From: a virus
Reading direction: 5' to 3' (one strand)
IMG/VR virus record: IMGVR_UViG_3300021963_000051
Span: 47,967-111,966 of that record
DNA: 64,000 nt
Under the pieces are notes generated by a model. The model worked only from the letters and a program-made list of their open reading frames with translations. It was not told the DNA's origin and searched no databases. Of this stretch, positions 37,889-48,475 are shown piece after piece; position 1 is the stretch's first letter; every line of letters begins with the position of its first letter. Both the position numbers and the translations under genes were made by a program.

Positions 37889-39469
37889 ATGGCCGTAACA
37901 AAAGATTATAAATTGGTAAAAAATGCCAATATCCAGCAAAAATGGACGCAGCAACATATTGACGATCTTATAGCATGCCAAGATGAAACGCAAGGCCCGC
38001 ATTATTTTCTTAATAACTTTTTCTATATTCAACACCCTGTAAGGGGCAAGTTGAAATACGAAGCATTTGATTATCAGCGTAGATTAGTTGATAGTTATCA
38101 TAATCATAGATTTAACATCAACTTACTGCCGCGTCAAACAGGTAAAACTACTACAGCCGCGGGTTATTTGTTATGGTTCGCAATGTTTATACCCGACAGC
38201 ACTATATTAGTAGCAGCACACAAATATACAGGTGCTCAAGAAATTATGCAGCGTATTAGATATGCTTATGAATTGTGTCCTGACCATATTCGCTGTGGAG
38301 TTACAAGTTATAACAAGCAAAGTATAGAATTTGATAACGGAAGTCGTATTGTAGCACAGACAACAACAGAAACAACAGGCCGTGGTATGAGTATTTCCCT
38401 ACTCTATGCTGACGAGTTTGCCTTCGTTGAACCAAATATAGCTACAGAATTTTGGACTTCAATTCGTCCTACATTGGCCACAGGTGGTAAGGCCATACTT
38501 ACATCTACACCAAACTCAGATGAAGATCAATTCGCTCTAATTTGGAAAGATGCCAGTTATAGGTTTGATGAACACGGTAATACTACCACAGTGGGACGCA
38601 ATGGATTCTTTCCATTCAGGGCCCACTGGAGTGAGCATCCTGAGCGTGATGAAAAGTGGGCAGAAGTAGAAAGAGCAAGTATTGGTGAAGAACGATTTCG
38701 CCGTGAACACGAATGTGAATTTTTAGTATTCGATGAAACACTTATAAACAGTATTAAATTAGCGACTCTTGAGGGCAAAGAACCCTATATGAAAATGGGC
38801 CAATGCCGTTGGTATAAAAAGATTAAAACAAATTCAACTTATATCGTTGCTTTAGATCCAAGTTTAGGAACAGGTGGTGATCCTTCTGCAATTCAAGTGA
38901 TAGAAATTCCGAGTTTCGAACAGGCGGCAGAATGGCAGCACAACTTAACAACTATTCAAGGTCAGGTTAGAATATTAAGAGATATATGTAATTACATAAA
39001 TGACGAATGTGCTAGACAAGGAAATCAAGCTAGTTTGTATTTCAGTGTTGAAAATAATGCTGTGGGAGAAGCAGCATTAGTAGCAATATCCGAAATTGGA
39101 GAAGAAACTATTCCCGGTCTATTTTTGAGTGAGCCTATAAAGAAAGGACATATACGTAGGTTCCGCAAGGGATTTAATACTACTCACTCAGCAAAAATAT
39201 CAATCTGTGCCAAATTAAAGCATCTTATAGAAAGTGATAGATTAAAAATTTATAGTAAGGCATTAGTAAGCGAACTTAAAACATATGTGGCCAAAGGTAT
39301 AAGTTTTGCTGGTAAAACAGGATCTACAGATGATTTAGTAAGTAGTATGTTGTTAGCCCTACGTATGATAATGATGCTACAAGAATGGGATCCTGCTATA
39401 TACGATAAAATGCGTGAAGAACGAGAAGATGAATGGATTATGCCCATGCCTATTTACATAACGCACTAA
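37889..39469 (+). CDS. Terminase large subunit (gp17-like)
   Basis: PRQTGKTT Walker A, LLYADEFAF Walker B, STPN, VALDPS nuclease Asp, DDLV. Confidence 0.97.
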   Translation: MAVTKDYKLVKNANIQQKWTQQHIDDLIACQDETQGPHYFLNNFFYIQHPVRGKLKYEAFDYQRRLVDSYHNHRFNINLLPRQTGKTTTAAGYLLWFAMFIPDSTILVAAHKYTGAQEIMQRIRYAYELCPDHIRCGVTSYNKQSIEFDNGSRIVAQTTTETTGRGMSISLLYADEFAFVEPNIATEFWTSIRPTLATGGKAILTSTPNSDEDQFALIWKDASYRFDEHGNTTTVGRNGFFPFRAHWSEHPERDEKWAEVERASIGEERFRREHECEFLVFDETLINSIKLATLEGKEPYMKMGQCRWYKKIKTNSTYIVALDPSLGTGGDPSAIQVIEIPSFEQAAEWQHNLTTIQGQVRILRDICNYINDECARQGNQASLYFSVENNAVGEAALVAISEIGEETIPGLFLSEPIKKGHIRRFRKGFNTTHSAKISICAKLKHLIESDRLKIYSKALVSELKTYVAKGISFAGKTGSTDDLVSSMLLALRMIMMLQEWDPAIYDKMREEREDEWIMPMPIYITH

Positions 39470-39481
39470 TAAATACACATT

Positions 39482-41605
39482 ATGAAACCTATACAAATTA
39501 TCAGCCAAGATCTATTTGACAAAGTTCGCTCACGTTTTAGCAATTTAGAAATGGGCGACGAAACCGGTGCTGTGACCATTGATCCAGCAGAAGCACGTTT
39601 TTTCGACTTTGACTTTGTGAGAGAAGGTGTAGATCTTGGTCGTGTCAGTATCAGTCTAAATGATTTAGGTAGTCTCAAAGTATACTACAGCCAAGGTATC
39701 ACAGAAGGTCAAGATATTATGGGCAAGAAATTATGGTATGATTTTCTCAAAGAAATGCGCTATTTCGCCATGCGCAGACTATTGAGATTTGATACCAGAG
39801 ACATAGCCAAGACCAACTTAGACAAAAACGATTTTCAACATTTAGCAGCCACGCAGGGCCCCAAGGAAGAAGATATGGCAAACATAGCAGAAGGACGTTG
39901 GAACGGTCGCAGCAGTTCCAAAACCAGTCGTGCTGTCAAGGGACGCACAGAAGTTATCATTAGACATAATAAACCTGTGGAAGAAACATTCCCAGGTGCT
40001 CGCAGCCAACGTAAAAACATCAAGGCAATTTTTATACAGAACAGAGATGGTGAAAGATTCAAGTATCCTTTCATTCATCCCGCAGGCGCATTTGCCATGG
40101 CTCAGCATGTAGATCATGGTGGAGTACCGCATGATCCAGCAGGCAAGGCCATTATACGTATGAGCGAGGAAATTGCTCAATTGGCAGAATTTCAAAAAAC
40201 AGTAAGGGGCGCTACTTTACACGATGACGCACTAGGAATAACAGAGAGGGCCATAGGCCGACTACAAGAATTAAAGGCACAGATTGAAAGTTTGAGCAAG
40301 CGCCCACATTATGAATCATGGATGGCAGAATTTACAGCAACAGAAGATGATGGCTTACAGGCAGAATTAGATGCTGTTACAATGGAAGATTATAAGGCAA
40401 AATTTACAGAAAAAAATTATCAAGAATCACTTAGTCAATATTTTCCCCTACTACATCGCATAATGAGTGAGGCTAACAAGGTAGATTTAGAATCATATGT
40501 CAGTGAGACAGACAGCGAAGAAGACGACGAAATGAGAGAAGAATACGACTTCTCTAACGGTATTAAAGGTCCAATATTACCCCCAGGCAAATTAGATCAG
40601 GCATTCACAGAGTGGGCAGAAGACGCCGTCAGTATGGAATTCGATGCGGCAAAATTAGCACAGGCTCTCCAGGAACTTCCACAACCATTGACACTTAGTG
40701 ATGAAATGGCAGCAGATGAGGTAGTGCGTTTCTTCAGCGAATACGGCGTCGAAAGTCCAGAATTAGCAGACAATCTCAAAGACCAAGCAAGAATCAATCC
40801 CGGTGCAGATCCTATTCAGGATGTCATAATGCCCTGGGCAATAAAACCAGAAAATCAAGACAAGTTTCCAGGATTAGCAGACATATTTCAAGCACCTGCT
40901 CCGGAACAACCTCAGCCTGTGGCAGAAGATCGCGACATGAAGGCCATGATCGGTGAAGTCGCTCGCATTGTAAAAAGTTTCTATAATAGAGACAATCCCA
41001 ATGTGGGACCATTCCGTTCAGAAGAAGGCATTGCCATTGATGTTGAAAAAGAAATCTCAGAAAAGTTCGGCGATGAGGCTGGCCAACATGCTCGTATGCT
41101 AGCAGAAAAGTTCATGGCCAAACTTACCCAAGAATGGGCACAGCGTCATAAGGGTGATAGCCTAATGGGTGAAAAAGGTGTAGCGGAAGGCTCTAGAGAA
41201 GCAATTTTATCAAAGATTGCCGCAAGCGGTGACGATGCCTATGATATGGTCTATGATGGATTAAGCGGTAAATTCGGTGACGAAGTTAGAAATCAACTTC
41301 AAAATATGTATGACCAAATCTCCAGCCAATACAGATTACATCCAGACGATGATTTTGAGGAAATACAAAGCCGTATGGTTGATCAGATAGGACAGGAATA
41401 CGGTATGTCAGAAGATGATGCTGCCTTAGAAGCAATGAGTCGCCATGCCAAAGGTTGGGAAAAATATGGACCAGGCATGAAAGAATTAGCCAAGGCAGGC
41501 AAGGAAGGCGCTAGCGAAAAAGAAATGGATCGCATACGCAAAAAACACGACCGTTATGATGAAGAAATAGAACTTATTCGTAAACTTTCGGGAATGGCAA
41601 AATAG
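39482..41605 (+). CDS. Large acidic hypothetical protein, probable internal head protein
   Basis: 707 aa; TAAATA upstream; IAEG/VAE motifs; C-terminal IRKLSG like the scaffold. Confidence 0.5.
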   Translation: MKPIQIISQDLFDKVRSRFSNLEMGDETGAVTIDPAEARFFDFDFVREGVDLGRVSISLNDLGSLKVYYSQGITEGQDIMGKKLWYDFLKEMRYFAMRRLLRFDTRDIAKTNLDKNDFQHLAATQGPKEEDMANIAEGRWNGRSSSKTSRAVKGRTEVIIRHNKPVEETFPGARSQRKNIKAIFIQNRDGERFKYPFIHPAGAFAMAQHVDHGGVPHDPAGKAIIRMSEEIAQLAEFQKTVRGATLHDDALGITERAIGRLQELKAQIESLSKRPHYESWMAEFTATEDDGLQAELDAVTMEDYKAKFTEKNYQESLSQYFPLLHRIMSEANKVDLESYVSETDSEEDDEMREEYDFSNGIKGPILPPGKLDQAFTEWAEDAVSMEFDAAKLAQALQELPQPLTLSDEMAADEVVRFFSEYGVESPELADNLKDQARINPGADPIQDVIMPWAIKPENQDKFPGLADIFQAPAPEQPQPVAEDRDMKAMIGEVARIVKSFYNRDNPNVGPFRSEEGIAIDVEKEISEKFGDEAGQHARMLAEKFMAKLTQEWAQRHKGDSLMGEKGVAEGSREAILSKIAASGDDAYDMVYDGLSGKFGDEVRNQLQNMYDQISSQYRLHPDDDFEEIQSRMVDQIGQEYGMSEDDAALEAMSRHAKGWEKYGPGMKELAKAGKEGASEKEMDRIRKKHDRYDEEIELIRKLSGMAK

Positions 41606-41618
41606 TATATTAGATAGC

Positions 41619-41647
41619 TTGACAAATCTAGAAATTTATCATAGAAT
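41619..41647 (+). promoter_or_regulatory. sigma70-like promoter
   Basis: TTGACA-17 nt-TAGAAT, 5 nt before ATG 41653. Confidence 0.75.
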
Positions 41648-41652
41648 AAGGT

Positions 41653-42429
41653 ATGGACATTATATTTTATTCACATGAATTACAAGATGAATTCGTAACA
41701 AATCTTTTTGGATTAGAACATAAGGGCATATTTTTAGATGTTGCTTGTTGGCATCCTATACAAGGATCTAATACCTATACATTAGAAAATTATCTAGGAT
41801 GGACTGGTAATTGTTTTGATATCATAGACGCAGAACAACAGTGGTCTTGGAGTAATCATCGATCAGCAAAGTTTAACCACTGTAATATTGCATCTGGCAA
41901 ATTTGTAGAAATTTTAGAATCTATTAGAAATGAAACTCCTATCGTAGATTATGCCAGTGTTGATGTAGATTCTTCACTTACTGTAGTTGCTCTAGATAAA
42001 ATTATAAAATCAGGAATAGAATTAAAAGTTATAACATTTGAACATGAATTTTATTTGTACGATAATTTATATCAAAAAGAATCTGAAAAAATATTATACA
42101 ACCAAGGTTTGGTCAAACTTTTTTCAAATGTAAGATTACTTACAGCAAATCAAACTTCCCCTAATCTCAAAAATCAAACTGAAAGTTTTGAAGATTGGTG
42201 GATCAATCCTAAATATTTTGATTCTAATATTTTAGAAATTCAAAGTGATGGTTTATATTATCATAATTGTGTTAACAAATTGAAGAACTATTCAAATCTT
42301 ACATATAAAGGGACCCATGCCTGCAGCAGAGCATTTCCAGATGAATATTCACTCCATGTTCTTCCAGGAGAAAAAGAGAACACAGAAAAAATTCTAGAAT
42401 TTGTACGCTCAAATAACTTGAATGTATAA
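41653..42429 (+). CDS. FkbM-like SAM-dependent methyltransferase
   Basis: GIFLDVAC...GSNTYTLE...GWTG, VDYASVDVD, ITFEHE, FEDWW. Confidence 0.7.
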   Translation: MDIIFYSHELQDEFVTNLFGLEHKGIFLDVACWHPIQGSNTYTLENYLGWTGNCFDIIDAEQQWSWSNHRSAKFNHCNIASGKFVEILESIRNETPIVDYASVDVDSSLTVVALDKIIKSGIELKVITFEHEFYLYDNLYQKESEKILYNQGLVKLFSNVRLLTANQTSPNLKNQTESFEDWWINPKYFDSNILEIQSDGLYYHNCVNKLKNYSNLTYKGTHACSRAFPDEYSLHVLPGEKENTEKILEFVRSNNLNV

Positions 42430-42529
42430 ATACAATTGTGTAGTATTACAGCTACACACTTTTTCTTTTTAGTCAGTGGGCTAAGAAGAAGTGGCAAATA
42501 CAAAGGCATAAACATTAAGGAGAAACATT

Positions 42530-43528
42530 ATGGCAACTTTGGCAGAGATTCGTGCGAAACTTCAACAGGCTTCCCAACAACAAGGCGGAAGCACAGGCGG
42601 TGACAACGCTATTTTCCCTCACTGGAATATTCAAGAAGGAACAACTACTACAGTTCGTTTCCTACCCGACGGTGATCCAAACAATACCTTTTTCTGGATT
42701 GAACGAGCAATGATTAAATTGCCATTCGCCGGCATCAAAGGTGAAACTAATTCAAAACCAACTCAGGTTCAGGTTCCTTGTATGGAAATGTGGAATGAGT
42801 CTTGTCCAATCCTTACAGAGGTGCGTCCTTGGTTCAAGGACAAATCACTTGAGGATATGGGTCGTAAGTATTGGAAGAAAAAGTCTTATCTGTTTCAAGG
42901 TTTTGTTGTTGATACAAAATTATCAGAAGACAAGACTCCAGATAATCCTATCCGTAGGTTTATCATTGGCAGTCAGATTTTTAACATTGTTAAAAATGCT
43001 CTAATGGACAGTGAGATTGAAGAACTACCCACTGATTTTGTCCGTGGTTTAGATTTTAAAATCGCTAAAACATCCAAAGGTGGTTATGCTGACTATTCCA
43101 CTTCTACATGGGCTCGTAGAGAACGTGCTCTAAGCGAAATGGAACAGGCTGCTATCAAGCAATATGGTCTGTTCAAACTCAGTGACTTCCTACCCAAGAA
43201 ACCAGGTGAAGTTGAACTCAAGGTAATGAAAGAAATGTTTGAAGCATCAGTAGATGGTGAAGCATTTGACATGGAACGTTGGGGTCAATACTTTAAACCA
43301 GCAGGCATGGGAGGCGGTGGTAGTGCTACAGGCAGCGGAACCGCAGTCAAAGCCAGTGCTCCTGCTGCTTCGGTAGATGAGGAAGAAGCCCCTTTTGAAT
43401 CAGCGGCTCCAGTAACCGCTAAAACTGCTGTGAAAGAAGAAGAAAAATCTGCATCAAGTGGTGGTGATTCATCAAGTCGTGCTGCTGATATCATTGCTAT
43501 GATTCGTAAGCGTAATAATCAGCAATAG
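42530..43528 (+). CDS. Single-stranded DNA-binding protein (T4 gp32-like)
   Basis: VRFLPD, CMEMWNESCPI, GLDFKI, YADYSTS; TAAGGAG SD. Confidence 0.9.
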   Translation: MATLAEIRAKLQQASQQQGGSTGGDNAIFPHWNIQEGTTTTVRFLPDGDPNNTFFWIERAMIKLPFAGIKGETNSKPTQVQVPCMEMWNESCPILTEVRPWFKDKSLEDMGRKYWKKKSYLFQGFVVDTKLSEDKTPDNPIRRFIIGSQIFNIVKNALMDSEIEELPTDFVRGLDFKIAKTSKGGYADYSTSTWARRERALSEMEQAAIKQYGLFKLSDFLPKKPGEVELKVMKEMFEASVDGEAFDMERWGQYFKPAGMGGGGSATGSGTAVKASAPAASVDEEEAPFESAAPVTAKTAVKEEEKSASSGGDSSSRAADIIAMIRKRNNQQ

Positions 43529-43538
43529 GGGATAAATC

Positions 43539-44597
43539 ATGGGTAAGGCATTCGATATTAGTAAATTTCGAAAAAGCCTTACCAAGTCCATTGATGGGCT
43601 TGGTATTGGCTTTAATGATCCCACTGACTGGGTTTCTACGGGCAATTATGCTCTAAATTACTTGATCAGTGGAGACTTTTTCAAAGGTGTTCCTTTGGGC
43701 AAGGTCACTGTATTCGCTGGTGAAAGTGGTGCTGGAAAAAGTTATATCTGTAGTGGTAACCTCATTCGCCATGCTCAAGATCAAGGTATTTTTGTAGTTC
43801 TTATTGACTCAGAAAATGCTCTTGACAAAGATTGGTTAGTGAGATTGGGTGTAGATACAGACGAATCTAAACTGCTCAAACTTAACATGGCCATGATTGA
43901 TGATGTGGCAAAGACTATCAACGAGTTCATGAAAGAATACAAGGCCATGCCTCAAGATGAAAGGCCCAAGGTTCTTTTTGTCATCGATAGTTTGGGTATG
44001 TTATTGACACCCACTGATATCAATCAGTTTGAAGCAGGAGATCTAAAAGGTGACATGGGTCGTAAGCCCAAGGCATTGACAGCATTGGTTCGTAATTGTG
44101 TTAATATGTTTGGCAGTCACAATGTTGGTTTGGTCTGTACCAATCATACCTATGCCAGTCAAGACATGTTTGATCCAGATGACAAGATCTCAGGTGGTCA
44201 AGGTTTTATCTATGCGTCATCAATTGTTGTGGCAATGAAAAAACTCAAACTCAAAGAAGATGAGGACGGCAACAAGGTCAGTGATGTATTGGGCATTCGT
44301 TCAGCCTGTAAGATCATGAAAACTCGCTATGCCAAACCTTTCGAAAGTGTTCAAGTTAAAATTCCTTACTCAACAGGCATGGCACCTACTTCAGGGTTAG
44401 TGGATATGTTTGAAAAGATGGGGGTATTGACAAAACAAGGAAATAAGTTACAATATATCAGTAGGCGAACAGGTGAGATTTCAGCAGAATTTCGTAAGAA
44501 TTGGACTGAAGAAAAACTCATGATGATCATGGCAGAGTGGGATCACACTGCTCAGGTTGTACCTATCACTAACGAAGAAACCACAGAGGCAGAATAA
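43539..44597 (+). CDS. uvsX: RecA-like recombinase
   Basis: GESGAGKS Walker A, IDSENA, VIDSLG, NHTY, SGGQG. Confidence 0.93.
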   Translation: MGKAFDISKFRKSLTKSIDGLGIGFNDPTDWVSTGNYALNYLISGDFFKGVPLGKVTVFAGESGAGKSYICSGNLIRHAQDQGIFVVLIDSENALDKDWLVRLGVDTDESKLLKLNMAMIDDVAKTINEFMKEYKAMPQDERPKVLFVIDSLGMLLTPTDINQFEAGDLKGDMGRKPKALTALVRNCVNMFGSHNVGLVCTNHTYASQDMFDPDDKISGGQGFIYASSIVVAMKKLKLKEDEDGNKVSDVLGIRSACKIMKTRYAKPFESVQVKIPYSTGMAPTSGLVDMFEKMGVLTKQGNKLQYISRRTGEISAEFRKNWTEEKLMMIMAEWDHTAQVVPITNEETTEAE

Positions 44598-44857
44598 TGG
44601 AAGAAGCACTAATCATTGAAGTTTGGGACACTTTTAAAGATTATATTCCTGAGAAAAATCGAGATACAGCAGCAAATCATTTTGTAGATTTTTTATTAGG
44701 TAGAGATGTTGATACCAAGACCTTAGAAGGTATCATGGGATTTGACCCTCATCTAGACAATGCTATCGAATTAGTCATTGAAGAACAAAACCAAGACGAT
44801 GACAAAGACGAATATGATGAGGACGGTTATGACTATGAGGATGATGAGGACTATTGA
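44597..44857 (+). CDS. Small acidic hypothetical protein
   Basis: 86 aa with very acidic C-terminus, coupled between uvsX and uvsY. Confidence 0.6.
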   Translation: MEEALIIEVWDTFKDYIPEKNRDTAANHFVDFLLGRDVDTKTLEGIMGFDPHLDNAIELVIEEQNQDDDKDEYDEDGYDYEDDEDY

Positions 44858-45312
44858 TGAAATGGTATTCAAGAGTCAGCAAGGATCTCCAATTCTTGCC
44901 TGACTGTATTGACTATTTCTATCAAGAACTCGACTCAGCCAAAAAAGAATCCAAGATACAGGGTAATATTGAAAAGGCATCTGCGGCCCTTCCTGGTATT
45001 GTTGAACATAGATTCAATCAACTTCAAGAAATTGAAGCAATATTAGAATATCTTAATATTGAACTAAGAAGGACTCGCAGCCGTGTCTTCAAAAAATATT
45101 TGGAAAACTATCAACGGGCTCTTAGTTCCAGAGATGTCGAAAAATATGTAGATGGAGAAGATGATGTTGTTGATATGGAAAAAATCATCAACGAATTGGC
45201 CCTGCTACGCAATCAATGGCTGGGCATTATCAAAGGTTTAGACATTAAACAGTGGCAATTGAGTAACATTATCAAATTAAGGACTGCTGGTCTTGAAGAT
45301 ATCTCACTCTAA
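44854..45312 (+). CDS. uvsY: Recombination mediator protein
   Basis: DVEKYVDGE, KQWQLSNIIKLRTAG; position after uvsX. Confidence 0.8.
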   Translation: MMKWYSRVSKDLQFLPDCIDYFYQELDSAKKESKIQGNIEKASAALPGIVEHRFNQLQEIEAILEYLNIELRRTRSRVFKKYLENYQRALSSRDVEKYVDGEDDVVDMEKIINELALLRNQWLGIIKGLDIKQWQLSNIIKLRTAGLEDISL

Positions 45313-46519
45313 TCGACTTTCTATAGAAAACATGGTTCATGCCGTGGCTACTCAGGCATCATCTGTGCTGAAACCCTATGATTATGTTTTTATACAAAGT
45401 TTAAGTCAACAAATTTCTTACAACCAATATGGACTAACAGAAAAACAGGCTTCACTGTGTCTTAAAATTCTCAAAAAAAACATAAATTGGTTGAATCAAT
45501 TTTATCACCGTGATGTTCTTGGGGATATTGAAAATCCCACCTATCTTTTTCCTTTGAGAACCATATCTATACAGCATAAAATTAGCTATATGGCGGACAA
45601 GGACATCAATGAACGCATCAAACTACAATTTCCCTACAATGAAGAAATTGTAACCTATATTAAATCTCAACGCAACAAGATTTATAACTATACATGGGAT
45701 GCCACTGAAAAATGTTGGTATCTCAGCCTGGATACGCAGTCATTAGAAATTTGTCATACGCTACATAAGAAATATAAGTTTGAATATGATCCAGAATTTC
45801 AAAATTATTTTGATCAAATGGCAGAAATCTATAGCAATTTAGAAAAATATGTGCCTATGCTGGATAAAATTCAAGCAAGGTATCAGTTACGCAATGTTAG
45901 CCCTAAAATTCCTGAATTTTCTGGTGAGGATTTAGTCAAAAGTCTATTCCAAGCAAGACGCTATGGTATAACATCTTGGTCAGATTCAGTAGAAAATGAC
46001 ACTATTGAACAAAACATAGACACAGTTACAATGAATTTTTTAAGGCATACAGAAAAGAAGGAATTTCCTGTAAATTTAGAAGAAATTGATCAAAAAAGCC
46101 TAGAAAATTTGGTAAAAAATCTACTTCCTTGTGTGTTTTTTATCCCAGCAGGCAGCGAACTGTCAAAGACCACACATGCCTTTAACATGCTAAAAAATAT
46201 CGGCGTGGAAAATAATAATATCAGTGTGCTTTTTAGATTGCCTAATGACACAAACAGCAATTTCAATATTTTTGTCAGAGAAAATGGCCTAAACACACCG
46301 CTTACAGGAGATACGCAGGCAGTGTTCATCAGTCAAAAAATTCCTAAGACATTTTTCCCCACTGCTCATAGGTTTAAAACTGCCGTAATGTATAATAAGT
46401 ATCATGCTCACTACGCTACCAGAGATTTTTTGAAGTGTTTTTCTAATACTATAGAAATTTGTGATAAAAACTCAAAATCTACATCAGAAAACAGCATGGA
46501 TTGGTTACAGGATGTCTAA
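45293..46519 (+). CDS. Hypothetical protein
   Basis: 408-aa ORF between uvsY and uvsW; LTEKQ and FPYNEE...WD...KCW segments; start uncertain. Confidence 0.55.
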   Translation: MKISHSNRLSIENMVHAVATQASSVLKPYDYVFIQSLSQQISYNQYGLTEKQASLCLKILKKNINWLNQFYHRDVLGDIENPTYLFPLRTISIQHKISYMADKDINERIKLQFPYNEEIVTYIKSQRNKIYNYTWDATEKCWYLSLDTQSLEICHTLHKKYKFEYDPEFQNYFDQMAEIYSNLEKYVPMLDKIQARYQLRNVSPKIPEFSGEDLVKSLFQARRYGITSWSDSVENDTIEQNIDTVTMNFLRHTEKKEFPVNLEEIDQKSLENLVKNLLPCVFFIPAGSELSKTTHAFNMLKNIGVENNNISVLFRLPNDTNSNFNIFVRENGLNTPLTGDTQAVFISQKIPKTFFPTAHRFKTAVMYNKYHAHYATRDFLKCFSNTIEICDKNSKSTSENSMDWLQDV

Positions 46520-47966
46520 AACTACACAGTTAAGAATCATCGACGAAGTCAATTGTAAGTTTCTAAACCTCGATTTAGATACTCGCAAGGCCTTGGTCAA
46601 AAAATTCAAGTTAGAAGACCCCACAGCCAGGTTTAGACCAGCCTATAAACTGGGTAGATGGGACGGAACGGTGAGTTTTTTCGGTCTGGGCGGCACTACC
46701 TATATTTCAATTCTTCCTCGTATCTTAGAGTATCTGGAAGAACACAACTATTATGTAGAGATTGAAGATCAGCGCTCACCCATTGACCTACAATTTCCTG
46801 AAATTTCCGGTGATTTTTGGGGTGAAAAGTCTTGGCCAAAAGGACATAGATTTGAAGGACAACCTATTCGCCTGCGTGAAGATCAGGTTGAAGTGATCAA
46901 TAAGTTTTTACAAAATCCGCAGAGCCTACAAGAAATTGCCACAGGCTTTGGAAAAACAATAACCACCGCAACTTTGGCAAAAATCTGTGAAAAATATGGT
47001 AGAACAATTACCATTGTGCCAAATAAAAGTTTGGTAGAACAAACCGAAGAAGACTTTCGTAACTGTGAATTAGATGTTGGAGTATACTATGGTGATCGTA
47101 AAGAATTAGGACGAACTCATACCATAGCAACTTGGCAAAGTTTAAACATTTTAGAGAAAAAATCACATGATGATGACGAACTTTTAACACTTGCTGAATT
47201 TTTAGATGGTGTTGAAGCAGTCATAGTTGATGAAGTTCATATGGCCAAGGCTGATGTATTGAAAAAATTGCTGACACAGAATTTAGGCAAGACTCCTATT
47301 CGTTGGGGACTTACTGGAACCATACCAAAAGCCGAAATTGACTTCGAAAATATTCGTTGTTCCATAGGAGATGTAGTTCACCGTGTGGCAGCACATGAAT
47401 TACAAGAAAAAGAAATCTTAAGTCGTTGTCATGTTCAAATTATTCAAACAGCAGAACATAAAGAATTCCGAAGTTACGCTGAAGAATTGAAATTTTTAGT
47501 TACAGATGAAGACAGAATGACCTATATTGCTAATATTATTCAAGGTGTAGCAGAATCTGGCAACACACTAATTTTAGTAGATCGTATCGAAAGTGGTAAT
47601 TTTTTACAGGACAGGTTAACAGACAGTGTATTCATATCAGGAAGAGTTAAAACCAAAGATAGAAAAGAAGAATATGATGAAGTGGCGGTTGCTGATAACA
47701 AGATCATTGTGGCGACTTATGGTGTGGCCGCTGTGGGTATTAATATCCCTCGTATTTTTAATTTGGTTCTTTTGGAACCCGGAAAGAGCTTTACAAGAGT
47801 TATACAATCAATTGGGAGAGGTATTAGAAAGGCTGAAGACAAGGACTTCGTCCGAATCTGGGACTTGACAGCATCGACCAAATATGCTAAAAAGCATTTA
47901 ACAGAGAGGAAACGTTTCTATAAAGAAGCACAGTATCCTTTTACAATAGACAAGGTAAAATATTAA
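46512..47966 (+). CDS. uvsW: SF2 DNA helicase
   Basis: ATGFGKT, DEVH, GLTGT, QSIGRGIR; likely start ATG 46512. Confidence 0.92.
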   Translation: MSKTTQLRIIDEVNCKFLNLDLDTRKALVKKFKLEDPTARFRPAYKLGRWDGTVSFFGLGGTTYISILPRILEYLEEHNYYVEIEDQRSPIDLQFPEISGDFWGEKSWPKGHRFEGQPIRLREDQVEVINKFLQNPQSLQEIATGFGKTITTATLAKICEKYGRTITIVPNKSLVEQTEEDFRNCELDVGVYYGDRKELGRTHTIATWQSLNILEKKSHDDDELLTLAEFLDGVEAVIVDEVHMAKADVLKKLLTQNLGKTPIRWGLTGTIPKAEIDFENIRCSIGDVVHRVAAHELQEKEILSRCHVQIIQTAEHKEFRSYAEELKFLVTDEDRMTYIANIIQGVAESGNTLILVDRIESGNFLQDRLTDSVFISGRVKTKDRKEEYDEVAVADNKIIVATYGVAAVGINIPRIFNLVLLEPGKSFTRVIQSIGRGIRKAEDKDFVRIWDLTASTKYAKKHLTERKRFYKEAQYPFTIDKVKY

Positions 47967-47968
47967 TA

Positions 47969-48472
47969 ATGCAGATACTAACATTAGAAGATCAAACATT
48001 TTTTCTCAATGAGCTTCCGGAAGAAATAGAAAATGATCTTAGATTCGCTGTGTTGGATAACAGTGATCCAACAAACCCAGATTATTTTTTCATTCCATTA
48101 ATCTTTTTAGAGAGTTTTACAGGCCCAGCAGTAGTTCTAAAAATTGGAACTCACGAAGTTACTATGCCATTAGATTGGTGTACGATAGTAGGAGATGCAG
48201 AAGGACATGAAATGGAGGTATTGCCATTGACTAGTCTCAATGACAGGGGTTTTAAAACTTTTTGTTTTAATCCATTGAGTAGTTTTAAACCAGAATTTCT
48301 AGATATTGATATAATCGATGTTTATCAAGATATTAAATGGTATTTTCCTAAAATGAAAACTGGTCAATTATTGTGTACTCCACTCACAGGAGGCTCTAAA
48401 CCACTATGTGCCTATTTTGTAAAAGAAGTTAGCAGACAGAGTGAAATAGTTAATTATAGTCAAGTATGGTAA
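47969..48472 (+). CDS. Hypothetical beta-rich protein
   Basis: 167-aa ORF coupled to uvsW. Confidence 0.55.
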   Translation: MQILTLEDQTFFLNELPEEIENDLRFAVLDNSDPTNPDYFFIPLIFLESFTGPAVVLKIGTHEVTMPLDWCTIVGDAEGHEMEVLPLTSLNDRGFKTFCFNPLSSFKPEFLDIDIIDVYQDIKWYFPKMKTGQLLCTPLTGGSKPLCAYFVKEVSRQSEIVNYSQVW

Positions 48473-48475
48473 ATT

